From the NCBI RefSeq assembly GCF_006345805.1, contig NC_042999.1, forward strand, positions 142,414,001 to 142,478,000: a stretch of DNA of 64,000 nt. Reading direction: 5' to 3'. Source of the DNA: Octopus sinensis (taxonomy: Eukaryota). A program made the translations under genes and the position numbers. Below are positions 13,251 through 27,512 of this stretch, piece after piece (position 1 is the first letter of the stretch; every line of letters starts with the position of its first letter). Under the pieces are notes generated by a model. That model did no database searches. It saw only the letters and a list, made by a program, of their open reading frames with translations, and was not told the DNA's origin.

Positions 13251-13859
13251 ATGAAATTATTGTGTATAGTGCTCAGGTGCACTACAACTCATCAAAGGTA
13301 CATGTACAGTACATAGAATTATGTACAAAAGTCAGGAAAGTGAACAGTGTAAGAATCATGATATGCATACGTATGGATCGGGGATATCAGGTGTAGTGTT
13401 GGCAAATTTCAGGAAGCCTGGAGGTTTTAAAGGATGAATGTATGTGTGTGTGTATAGGTCGGTTGTCCATAAGTCTGAAAAAAGCATACTAAAATGTTTT
13501 TGTGTTTGATCAGTAATATTTTATGTAGTCGTTTGGTATGGCCGGTCAGATAGTTATCATTAGTCTCAGGTCTACTGTTGCATTTAGCAATATAGACGAG
13601 ATGTTAGACTTCCTGACCGGAGGTACATAATCTCTTTACATCAGCTTGGTGACAAAATCCCTGTACAGAATTTGTTTAAAGCAAACATCCCTATTGGGAG
13701 AGACGAAGTTACCTCCCTTTGAACAGTTCTAGTTGTGTTCAAAAACGGGTCAGTTTTCGCACATTTCCTTCGGTTGAGGAGGAGCGTCATTTGGGAGGGA
13801 ATGGGATATAATTTGTACAATACTGCTCTCAGGTGCGACTGAAAATGCAGTGGGAAGAA

Positions 13860-14090
13860 TGCTTGATGTGTCGAGTAGAGAGGAGGAGGAAAAACAGGGT
13901 GGGTCTTCTTGAGCACAGTGAAATACCAATCATCCTTTGTTATCTCCTCCGTAAGGTACAACATCTTGAGATCAGCTTTCAATACTTCATACCATGTCTT
14001 CACGGGTCTCCCTCTTTCACAAGTTCCATCCAATTTAAGTGATTGGCACTTCTTTATGCAACTGTCCATACCCATTCACATCACAAGATG
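13860..14090 (-). mobile_element. RTE-clade LINE ORF C-terminal fragment
   Basis: CQSLKLDGTCERGRPVKTWYEVLKADLKMLYLTEEITKDDW, matching the RTE G-R-RGRP-KTW-E-V--DL motif. Confidence 0.8.
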
Positions 14091-14196
14091 AAACAAGTGC
14101 ATTTTTCTAGCATATATGCAAATGTATAAAATGTGTGTGTATATATATATATATAATATTATATATATATATACATACACATGTATATATTGGTGA

Positions 14197-14258
<62 letters not shown>

Positions 14259-14519
14259 TATTCCTCGACTGTCGCAGGTGTTACGTTTCAAAACATCCCA
14301 CGGTAGGTGAAAATCCGTGAAGTAGAAACAGTACTGTACTGCATATTTTAAAAATTATTTTAATAATTTGTATATATTTATTTTATTATAAATGCAAAAC
14401 AACACCACAGAGGAATCGACATAAGCTTAAATAATAAACTATGATAGGTGAACCACAATATGTTGAGGGATTACTACATACATAAAATAATATATATATA
14501 TATACATGTATATATATCA

Positions 14520-14830
14520 TCATCATCATCGTTTAATGTCTGCTTTCCATGCTAGCATGGTTGGACGATTTGACTGAGGTCTGGCAAACCAGATGGCTGC
14601 ACCAGACTCCAATCTGATCTGGCAGTGTTTCTACAGCTGGATGCCTTTCCTAACGCCAACCACTTCGAGAATGTAGTGGGTGCTTTTACATGCCATCGGC
14701 ACGAGGGCCAGTCAGGCGGTACTGGCAACGGCCATGCTCAAATGGTGCTTTTTATGTTCCACCTGCACAGGAGCCAGTCCAGCAGCACTGACAACGACCT
14801 CGCTCGAATGTCTTTTCACATGCCACCGGC
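14520..14830 (-). mobile_element. SINE/RTE-tail family C with (ATG)n tail
   Basis: Shared motif ggtggcacgtaaaagcacccactaca...ttaggaagggcatccagctgtagaaac...ccatgctagcatggaaag..gacattaaacgatgatga. Copies at about 15140, 15760, 30530, 31515, 38440-38850, 57181-57460 and 59800-60040. Confidence 0.8.
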
Positions 14831-14838
14831 TATATATA

Positions 14839-14874
<36 letters not shown>

Positions 14875-14877
<3 letters not shown>

Positions 14878-15096
14878 TAATTCCTCGACTGTCGCAGGTG
14901 TTACGTTTCAAAACATCCCACGGTAGGTGAAAATCCGTGAAGTAGAAACAGTACTGTACTGCATATTTTAAAAATTATTTTAATAATTTGTATATATTTA
15001 TTTTATTATAAATGCAAAACAACACCACAGAGGAATCGACATAAGCTTAAATAATAAACTATGATAGGTGAACCACAATATGTTGAGGGATTACTA
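14875..15096. mobile_element. Tigger/pogo-like MITE (also at 14256-14476 and 15497-15718)
   Basis: TA-flanked 5' CAGTAATTCCTCGAC; the 3' end GTTGAGGGATTACTA is an imperfect inverted repeat of it. About 220 bp, no ORF. Confidence 0.7.
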
Positions 15097-15451
15097 CATA
15101 CATAAAATAATATATATATATATACATGTATATATATCATCATCATCATCGTTTAATGTCTGCTTTCCATGCTAGCATGGGTTGGACGATTTGACTGAGG
15201 TCTGGCAAACCAGATGGCTGCACCAGACTCCAATCTGATCTGGCAGTGTTTCTACAGCTGGATGCCTTTCCTAACGCCAACCACTTCGAGAATGTAGTGG
15301 GTGCTTTTACATGCCATCGGCACGAGGGCCAGTCAGGCGGTACTGGCAACGGCCATGCTCAAATGGTGCTTTTTATGTTCCACCTGCACAGGAGCCAGTC
15401 CAGCAGCACTGACAACGACCTCGCTCGAATGTCTTTTCACATGCCACCGGC

Positions 15452-15492
<41 letters not shown>

Positions 15493-16076
15493 TATACAGT
15501 AATTCCTCGACTGTCGCAGGTGTTACGTTTCAAAACATCCCACGGTAGGTGAAAATCCGTGAAGTAGAAACAGTACTGTACTGCATATTTTAAAAATTAT
15601 TTTTATAATTTGTATATATTTATTTTATTATAAATGCAAAACAACACCACAGAGGAATCGACATAAGCTTAAATAATAAACTATGATAGGTGAACCACAA
15701 TATGTTGAGGGATTACTACATACATAAAATAATATATATATATATACATGTATATATATCATCATCATCATCGTTTAATGTCTGCTTTCCATGCTAGCAT
15801 GGGTTGGACGATTTGACTGAGGTCTGGCAAACCAGATGGCTGCACCAGACTCCAATCTGATCTGGCAGTGTTTCTACAGCTGGATGCCTTTCCTAACGCC
15901 AACCACTTCGAGAATGTAGTGGGTGCTTTTACATGCCATCGGCACGAGGGCCAGTCAGGCGGGGGTACTGGCAACGGCCATGCTCAAATGGTGCTTTTTA
16001 TGTTCCACCTGCACAGGAGCCAGTCCAGCAGCACTGACAACGACCTCGCTCGAATGTCTTTTCACATGCCACCGGC

Positions 16077-16115
<39 letters not shown>

Positions 16116-16704
16116 TAAGATATATATATGTGCGTGTGTGTGTATATATATATATATATGTATGTATTTATGTATATACATATACACATATATGTGTAAC
16201 CTGTACACACACACATAGATTGCATGCACACACAATCTGCATTCACACACATATATGCACATCTACATAGATTCATAGATACATCCATGCATATTTTCAT
16301 ACATGTGTATATTTCTGAAGTGCAGTATATACATTGATCTACCAGACAAAATTATACCATTCAATAATTCACATTCTAATGATTTAACACCTGCTTCTGT
16401 TTTGTGAAAAAGAATTATTGCTGTCTAATTGCCTTCTGACTATGCATTTATCTGGAGTTATCATATAATGACAGAAAGTTTTGAGAAATTTGTGTTTACG
16501 GGATATCATGCATTTACCTCTCTGATTAAGTTATTTCTTATCAGTAAGAAAAGTATCTTAAGTCCTATTGTACAGAACCTACAATCTTTTTTGTTTGCTG
16601 TGTATGTGGGAGCTGTTGTGTTCTGAGACATCTGTATTATCTTTCAAATATGAAAGGTTGATTTGATTATCTACTACCTGTTAATCTTTATTAGAGGTTT
16701 GGTG

Positions 16705-16735
<31 letters not shown>

Positions 16736-16782
16736 GCACACACACATGTGTGTGTATGTGTGTGTGTATGCATGCGTGTGTG

Positions 16783-16825
<43 letters not shown>

Positions 16826-17192
16826 ATTGACTGTTTGCTATTCTCTTGACCTGATTATTCATTGCCATTTTAATATAGGTCTTCATAAATTGATTCTGTA
16901 CCTAAATAAATCATCTTGAATGTTTTTTGAGTTATTTGAGAAATTTATGAAGCCTTTATGTATAATATTTCTGTCAGTTTGATCCCTGGAAATGGATAAA
17001 TATTTTGTTAGTTTACAGTACTGATATTAAGTTCTTTCAAATGTAACAGAAAACTGCAAGAATTCTCTGCAGTGCCAGTGCTAATGAACTTCAAAGAATT
17101 ATTACTCATACACTCATTCATTTTGGCCTTTGCTTTTGATGAAAAATTAAAATATAATAATAATGATGATAATAATAATAATAATAATAATA

Positions 17193-17234
<42 letters not shown>

Positions 17235-18815
17235 TTGTTGTTGTTGTTAATAATAGTTTGTGGGTCATGTCATTTATTGTTTTTAGTGTTACTTTCATTT
17301 TAGTAGTGTGTCTGACATTTGTTTGTGAAATAGCTTCTTCTTTGAAAAAATGTCAACCAGTTGAAAAATTAATGAATGCTTATGATTCACTGTCAGTGGT
17401 TCAAGAAAATAATGATTTATTCTGATTAGCCAAAAGGCCAATTTTTTTAAGGAAAGGAGATATAATCAGTTGGCTCAACTCAAGTTTATTACTGGTATTG
17501 ATTTGCTCAATTCTCCTGAAGGATAAACAGCAGAATCAACTCCAGTTTCAATTAAGTAGACACAGTAAATACTTACTATAGGATTTAGGTTTCCTAGTTT
17601 CATAACCATCTTCATTGCCCTGTATTGAATGGGAGAAGATCTAGTGAATATAATCGATCCTTTATTGAGATTTCTTTTATCAATATTAAGGTGGATGAAA
17701 TGTTAAGTTAGCATCTGGCATGAATCAAACACACAAGGACAAAGAATTACAGAGGTGGGTACATTTCAGTGGTAGAAAGTGGGTTTTGGCTACCTTGTGT
17801 AGCAATCAAGTTGGCTACACACTTTCTTAAATGTAATGCCTTTAACTACAGTAAAAACTAAAGGTTGCACATCAGCTGCACTGGTGCCTGTCAAGGCACT
17901 TGACATGCACCACATGCATTGCACCAGATAATGAACCATCACTCAGTGACAGCCTGATCCTTGTTCATCACTCACTACATTCTTCTCACTCCCCCCCCCC
18001 CTATATCTAACCATCTGTTACTCCTCCCTCACTCTCTTATGAAACTGTGCCTCCACGTCCCTAATCCACTCTCTGTATCCTCCCTTATGCTCACCTTCTT
18101 GTACCTTGCGAATTTGTTCTGGTACCCCATCACTACTATCCTTATTTTCTTCCCAGCTATTCCTGTCCACCCTTTCAGTGTAGATCATGGCTGCAGCAAG
18201 ACACGCGTGAAAAAGAAAAAAAAAAGAAAAAAGCTCCCAGTACAGACTGTAAAGTGGTTGGCATTAGGAAGGGCAACTATGCCAAAGATGACATTGAAGT
18301 TTGAAGGCATCCTCTAGCTTGCTGCATCCTGTTAAAACATTCAAATCATGCCAGTATAGAAAACATGGTTACATGCTGATGGAAGAGGAAGGGTAGTGTT
18401 TTTGGGTTCACACCTATGTTGCTGAGTTGGTATGATTAGTACAATTAATGCTTTCTTTGATTTATTGTTGGTTATAGATGGAGGGCAAAAACAAACAGGA
18501 ATGGAATTTTTGTAGGATACACTTCTAATGAAGTGAATAGTTCAGGGAGTTAGGGAAAGTGTTTGGAGTTAGAAGGGGAGATAGTAATGGGGAAAAATGT
18601 AGAGGTAGATGTATCTGGCTTTTGCTCTGAAGTATTTCTGCAACAAACCTTGCCTGAAGAAGAAAATTTTGGGTAATTTACACTTGAGAAGAAATGTATA
18701 AGTGTAAAAGAGCTGTCTATTTATCATATTTAATGTATATACACTATTGGCATGCAAGATACTGTGGCTTTCAGCAAAACTAAAATGCTATAGATTTGCA
18801 GTGTTAAAACACACA

Positions 18816-18857
<42 letters not shown>

Positions 18858-19518
18858 GAAGGTTGAAAAAGAACACATGAGTTGATATGTATGGAAAAAA
18901 AGTCATAGAAAATGCTAAATTAATTTTATAAAAAACATTTCAGTACTGGTTTCAGTCATTTTTTTATTATCACTTGGGAAGTAGTCATCATATTCATCCA
19001 AATACTCTATTTCTAAGACTTCCATAAAATAATAACTCATGAGCATTCTCTCTTTCTCCAAAGTAGATGCAGCATGGCCGTGTGGTTGAGAAGTTCACTT
19101 TGCCACCAAGTAACTTCAGGTTCAATTCCAGTCACATTACCTGATCCCTTGGGTATGTGTCTACTACTGTGGCCTCAAGTTGGCCAGGTGAGTGAAATTT
19201 GATAAAAGGAAACTGTGTGGAATCCTGTAGGAGGCATTGTTTCTGTTCCTAGTTGGTAGGCTTAGTTTGGCATTTGGGCATTGGGTACCTTTAGTGCAGC
19301 TTACTCTGTTGCAAGTGATAAAAATACATATCATAGTAAATTAATCAACAGAGAATTAATGTTATCAAAAGATGATGATGGTGAGGTGAATGAGTGGGGG
19401 ATCACTGAAAACTTAGTTTGATATATATATATATAAGAAGGATATAGATATGTGTGTATATATATATCCTTCTTATATATATAAGAAGGATATGTATATG
19501 TATATATATATATATAGC

Positions 19519-19606
<88 letters not shown>

Positions 19607-21667
19607 GAGAGGCAACTTGAGAAAGTCAGTCCCATTCTAATCATTATTGAAGGAAAGAGTTGAATAGAGTATTACAAGTTAATGAAACATTCATTGATTT
19701 TATAATGTAGTGAATTGCTCATATCCTATGGTACTTATTGCTAGCAAAATGGACTATATTATTTGTGAGTTAAGTGTCTTGATCATTGATCTCAGGCAGA
19801 GCTAGTTGAGAATACACAAACTTGTGAGTCTTTAGCTCAACAACAAAATCTTTTCAATTTGAATATTTTCAGCTTTGCAACTAAAGTTATTCAATAAATA
19901 CATAAATAACCAAACAAAAGTGAATGAAATAAAACAGTTTAACTTTATGTAAGAATTTATTTAATGAAAAATATTAATACTTCTTTAAAGGAAAGAAAAT
20001 ATAGAGTCTCAGAGTCTGAACAATTTTTAATACAAAGAAATCAATAAATCAATACTCAGCAGTTTTTTTCCTGACTAAGGAAAGCAAGGTTAAAAAAAAA
20101 TTACTTAGGACAAAGATTTCAGAGTCATGAAATTATAAACAGTCCCAAAAAGAAAATCATAGGAATGAAAGAATTTTCAGAAATTTCTATAAGAGGAAAT
20201 TAAATGGTGGAAAAAGAATTAGAGAAGAAAAGTAGTGACTAACTTTTTAACATTAGAAAGAGATACAGTTGATCTTTCTTTAGATTTTTTCCTTATTTTT
20301 GAAAAACATACTGTGGAAAATAAAATATTTGATAAATATAGATTTGATGTCTCCAGGTTTATATTTCACTGCCATAAAAGGAATAGAAAGTTCTCTGTAA
20401 CAACAGGAATTTTCATGATAAACTTACCTTGGAATCTAAATCTGACATCTTGACATCTTATCAACTTTGAATTGAAAAGAAAACATAGAATATTGAAAAT
20501 ATTGATAAAGAAAGATGTTTTTTTTCCATAATTATGATTGTAATAGATGATTAAAAGATATGGATAATGTACAGAGCAGATTAAAACAGATATGATTTGA
20601 AATAACAAATAACAAGCAAACATATCACTGTCTTGAGAAGCATATTAGAAATGGAAAATAATAGGATATATTTGGTTAACATTTTAGTGAAAGAATATCT
20701 GAATCAATTAAAAAAAGTATAAAAATAAAAGGGAAAAGAAGCAGGCATTGTTTAATGAAATTGTGAGTATGGGGGATGTTTAGTTAAAAAAAAAATGGAA
20801 AGCTTTGAGACCAGCATATTTCATTTGTGGTTCATTTTGATTTGCAAATAGCAAAGACATCAGAAGCAAACATTAAAAGTACTTCCACCGAGATTTAGAA
20901 AGAGGAAGCTGTTCATAACAATTATGTCACAGTTGATATTGAGTAAAAGCTAACTAAAAAGAAAATAAACAAATAATACAATTTTTTGAATTCAATAACA
21001 TTTATGAAATTTTTAGTGTTGAAATGTAGCAAGAAATGATTTGAAAACATTTGATTTGGTCAAAGGTTGGAGTTCTTTTAACTCACTGTCACATACATCA
21101 TTGTAGTAAACACTAAATTTTATCACCCAATGGTTTTTCGCATAAATTATATTATGCAATGATGATGATGATGATGAGTATGATGATGATAATGATGATG
21201 ATGAAGATGATGTTGACAATAATGATGATGATGATAAAAATATTAATGAAAATAACAATGTTATTGAAATGATTAACAAAGGATTAACAGAGTAACAAGC
21301 AGAGTAACAATAACAATAAGTCTGAGGTATACATTAGACATGAAGCCTCATATTTATATTTATAAAAAAACAAGAAATAGCAGGTAGTCACATTTATGCC
21401 TTTCCTAAAGGCAGTAGGGATGTTGGTAAATGTAGAAACAGTACCCCTGTGACTATAACAATTGCAACAACAATAATCTTTTAATGCCAAGTTGACACAG
21501 CCTAAGGAGAGTGTTCTTGTGGTATATGAATTGTAACATTTTAGTCCATCGGCACAAATTTCCCTTTCATCATTGAGTTACAGAAATAGTCTATTGTCAT
21601 CGCTTTCTTAGTTATGAGTCTTGTAAATTTTTCATTTTGTGCACATGGACACACATGTGTACACATG

Positions 21668-21705
<38 letters not shown>

Positions 21706-22422
21706 CACACACACACACACACACACACAGATTTCTTATGAAAGATAATTTTTCAGGATCAGGATCTCATTTTCAGAAAAACAAACATTTAGACAATGTA
21801 TTCTTCATCCAAGCTCATACTAAACCTGAAGTTAAATAAATTAGTAAATCAGTACATTACCAATCAACTGATAAGTAAACTATGATGCATCAAATTATAA
21901 ATTTGTGTATTTTTCAAACAAAATACTGACTTGCTTTGCAACTATGTAGTTTCAGGTTCAGTCCCACTGTGTGGCATCCTGGGCCAGTATTTTTCTTCTA
22001 TAGACCTGGGCTGATCAACGCCTTGTGAGTGAATTTGATAGACAGAAACTTTGTAGAAGTCCATTATAAATGTATGCATGTGTGTGTGTGTGTGTGTGTG
22101 TGTGGTTGTATCTTTGCATTTGCATTTGTCCCCACCACCTCACAGCTTGTCAGTGTTGGTTTGTCTTCTTCCCTGTAATTTAGCACTTTAACAAAAGAGA
22201 GATTAATAGAATAAATACCAGAATTTTAAAAAAGGAGAAAAACGTAAGTACTGGGCTCAATATAACAGTTTGATTCAGCCCTACACATGGGGCTAAATCA
22301 AGCTATTTTAAATAATGATATGCGTAACCCCTATTTAAGGTGCCTTTTTCTTTGCGTTTGTCCACTCACTGGTGTGTGCATTTATATATATGTATATACA
22401 TACATATATATAATATATATAT

Positions 22423-22471
<49 letters not shown>

Positions 22472-22473
22472 AT

Positions 22474-22512
<39 letters not shown>

Positions 22513-22567
22513 CATATTATATAAATATATATATATATATATATTTTTTAATTTATTATATAGAAGG

Positions 22568-22618
22568 AGCTTCTACAGGACTAGAACTGTTTCATTCAAG
22601 AGAAATCTTCAGGAAGCT
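22568..22618 (-). ncRNA. Type I hammerhead ribozyme-like motif (family H1)
   Basis: Minus strand: AGCUUC-CUGAAGA-uUUC ucuu GAAu-GAAA-CAG uucuaguc CUG-UA-GAAGCU. Stem I is 6 bp, the core is intact, stem III is 3 bp with a GUA cleavage triplet, and stem II is weak (U-U closing). Confidence 0.65.
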
Positions 22619-22799
22619 AGTTAACAAGAATTGTATTGGCATTTATACATTTAGGCAGGTTTAAAAGGGTGGTGGTGGGGGACTATAGTTCTTGTAGTTT
22701 GCAACCAGATTGATGACACCCCACCCACAAACCCCCCCAATCCCACCGTTCCCCTAGCACCCCCGATTACCTTTTCTCCTAAGACCTTTCACATATTGT

Positions 22800-23278
22800 A
22801 TGTGCACGCTTGTATATGTGTATCGTATATATGTATAGAAATGTATGGGTATAGTAGGAATATACGCATGTATTATGTGTGTGTGTGTGTGTATGTATGT
22901 AAAAAAAAAAAATAATATATATATGTATGTGTGTGTGTGTGTGTGTGTGTTTGTATATATGTATATATGTATATATATGTGTGTATGCATATGTATGTGT
23001 ATATGTATGTGTGTATGTATGTGTATGTATGTATAAAATATTATATAATTAGGGCTTAGTAAAATAAATTACTTTGCCACATACTGAACTTTCTAGAAAT
23101 AGCAGCCAAAAAAGTTTTTTAGCCTCTTCCACTACTTAAAGAATATTTTCTATCAGACATTGTTTACTCAAAAAATAATGGTCCTTTTAACATACTGAAT
23201 ACTTGGTGAAATTGATTAATAACTAATTAACTTTACCCCCAATTGTTGATATATATATAATATATGTATATATATATA

Positions 23279-23309
<31 letters not shown>

Positions 23310-23752
23310 GATATATATATCTATATATATTATATATATATATGTATGTGTATGTGTGGTGTGTGTGTGTGTGTATATATGTATATATGTGTGGTATATT
23401 GTATTTATATGTTTGTTATATATATATATGTATATGTATGTGGGTGGTGTATGTGTATGTATATATATATATATATATAATGTACGCGAGTATGTCGATG
23501 TATATATAGGTTTGTAGAGTTATGTGTTGTGCATGTATGTGTGTGTGATATATATATATATATAATATATTATATATATATATGTATATGTGGGTATGTA
23601 AGTATACGTATTGTGTGTATTGTATGTATATATTGTTATGTATAATATATATGTATTGTATGTGTATGTATGTATATATATGTGTGTGTGTGTGTATGTG
23701 TGTATATATATGTATGTATATATGTATATATGTGTATATGTGTAGGTGTGGG

Positions 23753-23788
<36 letters not shown>

Positions 23789-24209
23789 ATATGTATGTGT
23801 ATGTGTATATATATGTATGTATATATATATATATGTATGTGTAAGTGTATATATATATGTATATATATATATATGTGGTATGTGTGAATATATATATATG
23901 TATACATAGTGTATGTATGTATGTATGTATGTATATATGTATGTATATATGTGTGTAAGTGTGTGTATATATGTATATGTAAGTGTGTGTGGTGTGTGTA
24001 TGAGTATGTATGTATGTTTGCACACATGTATATATATATATATATATATAATATATATATATTATATGTATATATAATATAATATATTATATATGTATGT
24101 GTGTGGGTTATATATATGTATGTGTGTGTGTGTATGTGTGTACATGTATATGTATGTGTAATGTATGTATGTGTATATATATATGTTATGTGTGTATATG
24201 TGTATATAA

Positions 24210-24265
<56 letters not shown>

Positions 24266-24660
24266 ATATAATATAATATAATATATATATATATATATAT
24301 ATATGATATGTAAGTTTATATGTATGTATCCGTCTGTATAATAGGTAACTGCACGTACATATACTTAATATTTATTATTTATTTTTTGAGTATGCATGTA
24401 TGAATAACTGCGCGTATATATATTTTATTATTTATTTTTTGAGTATGCATGTAAGTATGAATATAAGGAGGCGCGTGTGTGTGTGTGTATGTGTAAGCAT
24501 AGATATATGTATACTTTTACGCATGTGTGTACTTATGTGTATATATGGATGCGCGTGTGTGTGTGTATGGGTACGCATGTACATGTGTATGTGCGTGTAT
24601 GTGTATATGTGTATGTATGTGTGTGTGTATATTTGTATATGTATGTATATGTATGTATGT
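22800..24660. repeat. Compound (TA)/(TG)/(TATG)n microsatellite field (second field at about 26145-27250)
   Basis: Directly visible. Other pure tracts lie at about 12600-12690, 17155-17250, 19510-19610, 42060-42270, 48060-48186 and 63220-63384. Confidence 0.95.
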
Positions 24661-24754
24661 GTATATACTCTTTTACTCTTTTACTTGTTTCAGCCATCCG
24701 GCTGAGGCCATGCTGGGGCACCGCCCTTGTTGCTACCCTCTCTAAGTCCAGTTT

Positions 24755-26145
24755 GCCGTGGCTGGCCACTGATCTAAGAGAGAGTTTGTAGCTGCTGCCC
24801 TTAGGTTACCTTCGTACCTTGCAGTGGGTTCATCTGGGATCCCGGAAAGCAGCTTGTCTAGATGTTTTTTGAAAATGTCCACATCCGCATCATGTAGATC
24901 TCTTAGTTTTCTTGGCAGTTTGTTGAAAAGCTGAGGGCCCCTGAACCCCAGGCTATTACAGTATCTGCTCCTTACCCTGGATGTGGAAGACGGGACCTTT
25001 GGCACCACACAGTGACGTCCTGTACGGGGATTGGAACAGCTCTCAATTCCAAAATTTGGTGCTAGTCCCTCCAGGATTTTCCATATGTATATCACTGCAT
25101 ATCTCTCTCGTCTTCGTTCCAAGGAGTACAAATTGAGTTCCCTAAGCCTCTCCCAATAGTTCTTTTCTTTCATGGTGGAAATCCTCTTGGTGAAATGTCT
25201 TTGGATTGTCTCAAGCTCTGTGGTTAGTTTGACACTATGCGGTGACCACAGTTGGGAGCAGTAGTCCAGGCGGCTTAGGACAAATGTCCTCCATAGTGTC
25301 AACATGGCTCGCAGTCTCTTGTCCGGAATGTCCTCAGGATCCAGCCAGTGAGTCGTCTGCACATTGTCGCCACCTTCGCGATGTGTGAAGAAAAAGATGC
25401 ATCGTCACTCATGTCTATCCCCCAGGTCCCGTATTGATTTCGATACTGGGATTTCGATCCCTCCTGGACCAGTATAGTTGTGGTGTGTAATGTATATGTG
25501 TTTACAGCTTGATATTGTAAGGCTTGAAATTTACCAGCATTAAATTGCATGTTGTTGTCTTCAGCCCATTTGTATATGGCATCCAGATCTTGTTGTAAAA
25601 GGTCAGCATCAGCTGGGTTTTTGATTGCCTGTGCTACCTTTGTGTCATCAGCATAGCTATGAGGGATGTTGTTTGTGCTACCAGGGCATGTCAGAGAGCG
25701 CCACCAAAACAGCAAGGGTCCCAAGACTGTGCCCTGTGGCACCCCGCTTGCTATTGGTGTCTTTCCCGAGAGGGCTCCATTGGCTGCAACCATCTGGCTT
25801 CTGTCCTTCAGGAAGTCATGTATCCACTCACCTACTTTTCCTGTTATGCCGAGTCTGAGTAATTTGTGACATATCACTCCGTGGTCGACTTTGTCAAAGG
25901 CCTTCGCAAAGTCGAGATATACCACATCCACCTGTGAGCGATCCAGTAGTTGTTTCAGTACCCAGTCGTAGTGTTGTAACAGCTGCGTAAGGCAGCTTCT
26001 TCCTGGGCGAAAGCCATGCTGTGTGTCAGTGAGACGGTTAGTTTCTTCGAGGAACGTGAAATTTTTTTTCTGATGATTCGTTCCATGACCTTACTTATGT
26101 GTGACGTCAGGGAGACTGGCCTGTAGTTTTTGGCCTCTGCTCTAC
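24755..26145 (-). mobile_element. CR1-clade LINE, 5'-truncated ORF2 (RT to C-terminus) with frameshifts
   Basis: NYRPVSLTSHISKVMERII, YLDFAKAFDKVDH, SGVPQGTVLGPLLF, YADDTK, SRLDYCSQLWSP, ERLRELNLYSLERRRER. The 5' end abuts a TA microsatellite. Confidence 0.92.
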
Positions 26146-26176
<31 letters not shown>

Positions 26177-26350
26177 TATATATGTATGTATGTATGTATG
26201 TATATTATATATAGTGTATGTGTATGTATTTGTATGTGTTATGTATGCGTGTATATATATGTATGTATATGTATACGTGTGGGTGTGTGTATGTGTATAT
26301 ATGTATGTATGTATGGATGTATGTGTGTATGTTGTATGCGTGTATATGTG

Positions 26351-26394
<44 letters not shown>

Positions 26395-26397
26395 ATG

Positions 26398-26436
<39 letters not shown>

Positions 26437-27461
26437 TTGTATGTAGGTGTATATGTATGTGTGTATATATATTTATTGGTGTATATGTATAGACTAGCCT
26501 TCTAAGAGTGTAGACATGAATCTGTAGGTACGCGTACGTATGTGTATATACGTGAATGTATGTAGATGTATGTATGTATGAATATAACGCGTGCGTGCGT
26601 GTATGTGTATGAGTGTACGAATGAGTGAGTGTGCATGCTAATGAGTGTGCGTGCGTGAATGAGTGCTTGTTTTCAAGTAGAAAGATAAATGGACTTGCTG
26701 TCAGAGCCAAGATGCTTGTGACCAGCGGTCAAAGATAACAAAAGTAATAAATGATGATAATAAAATTAAAATTAGGGAATGGGTCTGTATTTGTATGTAT
26801 ATGTGTGTATGTGTAGGTATGTATAGGTACACATATGTATATATATATATATATATATATGTATATGTATGTGTATGTGTGTATGTGTATATATGTGTAT
26901 ATAGGGACTTGTGTGTTGTGTGTGCATGTGTGTATGTGGATATGTGTGTGTATGCGTGTATGTGTATGTGTGTGTATGTATATATTTTTTTGTGCGTATA
27001 TGTATGCGTGGTCGTGTGTGTATATATACATGTGTGTGTGTATATGTGTATGCATATATATATGTGTGTGTATATATATATATATATATATAGATATATA
27101 TAGATATATATATGTATATATATATATATGTGTAGATATATGTATGTATGTGTATGTGTATATATATATATATGTGTGTGTGTGTGTATGTACGTGTGTA
27201 TGTATATGTGTGTGTGTGTGTGTATATATGTATACATATGTGTATAGGTATAAGTGAGAATCTCCTTATTTACCTAAAACTCTATTCTTTTTTATATATT
27301 TTTTTATTCTTTTATTTATTCTTTTATCTAATTTACCACTGACTCCTTGACCACTCCCCCAAGTATGATATTTTGCGCTATGCCTACCCCTAAAAAGTCC
27401 CTCACTACCACCCCTTTAAACCTGCCTAAATGTATAAATGCCAATACAATTCTTGTTAACT

Positions 27462-27512
27462 AGCTTCCTGAAGATTTCTCTTGAATGAAACAGTTCTAGT
27501 CCTGTAGAAGCT
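27462..27512 (+). ncRNA. Type I hammerhead ribozyme-like motif (family H1)
   Basis: agcttc(27462-67) CTGAAGA(27468-74) tttctcttgaat GAAA(27487-90) cag ttctagtc ctg TA(27505-06) gaagct(27507-12). The motif is identical to the inverted copy at 22568. Confidence 0.65.

Larger units (their letters stand above)
14256..16076 (+). repeat. Near-identical tandem triplication (about 620-bp unit: MITE + SINE/LINE tail + TA repeats)
   Basis: Unit starts at 14256, 14875 and 15497. Copies differ mainly by 1-3 nt indels; the ORF track shows identical spurious ORFs at 14625/15246/15868. Confidence 0.95.

Noticed and set aside
13641-14075. 144-aa ORF as a host gene
   Set aside because: Its N-terminal half is an RTE C-terminus and the rest is read-through into unrelated sequence.
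17072-17425. ORF with poly-N/poly-D/poly-V runs and a hydrophobic segment
   Set aside because: Explained by a compound (AAT)(GAT)(GTT) microsatellite; no splice or homology support.
19860-21000. AT-rich purine-biased stretch resembling a decayed LINE ORF
   Set aside because: No diagnostic motif could be read with confidence.
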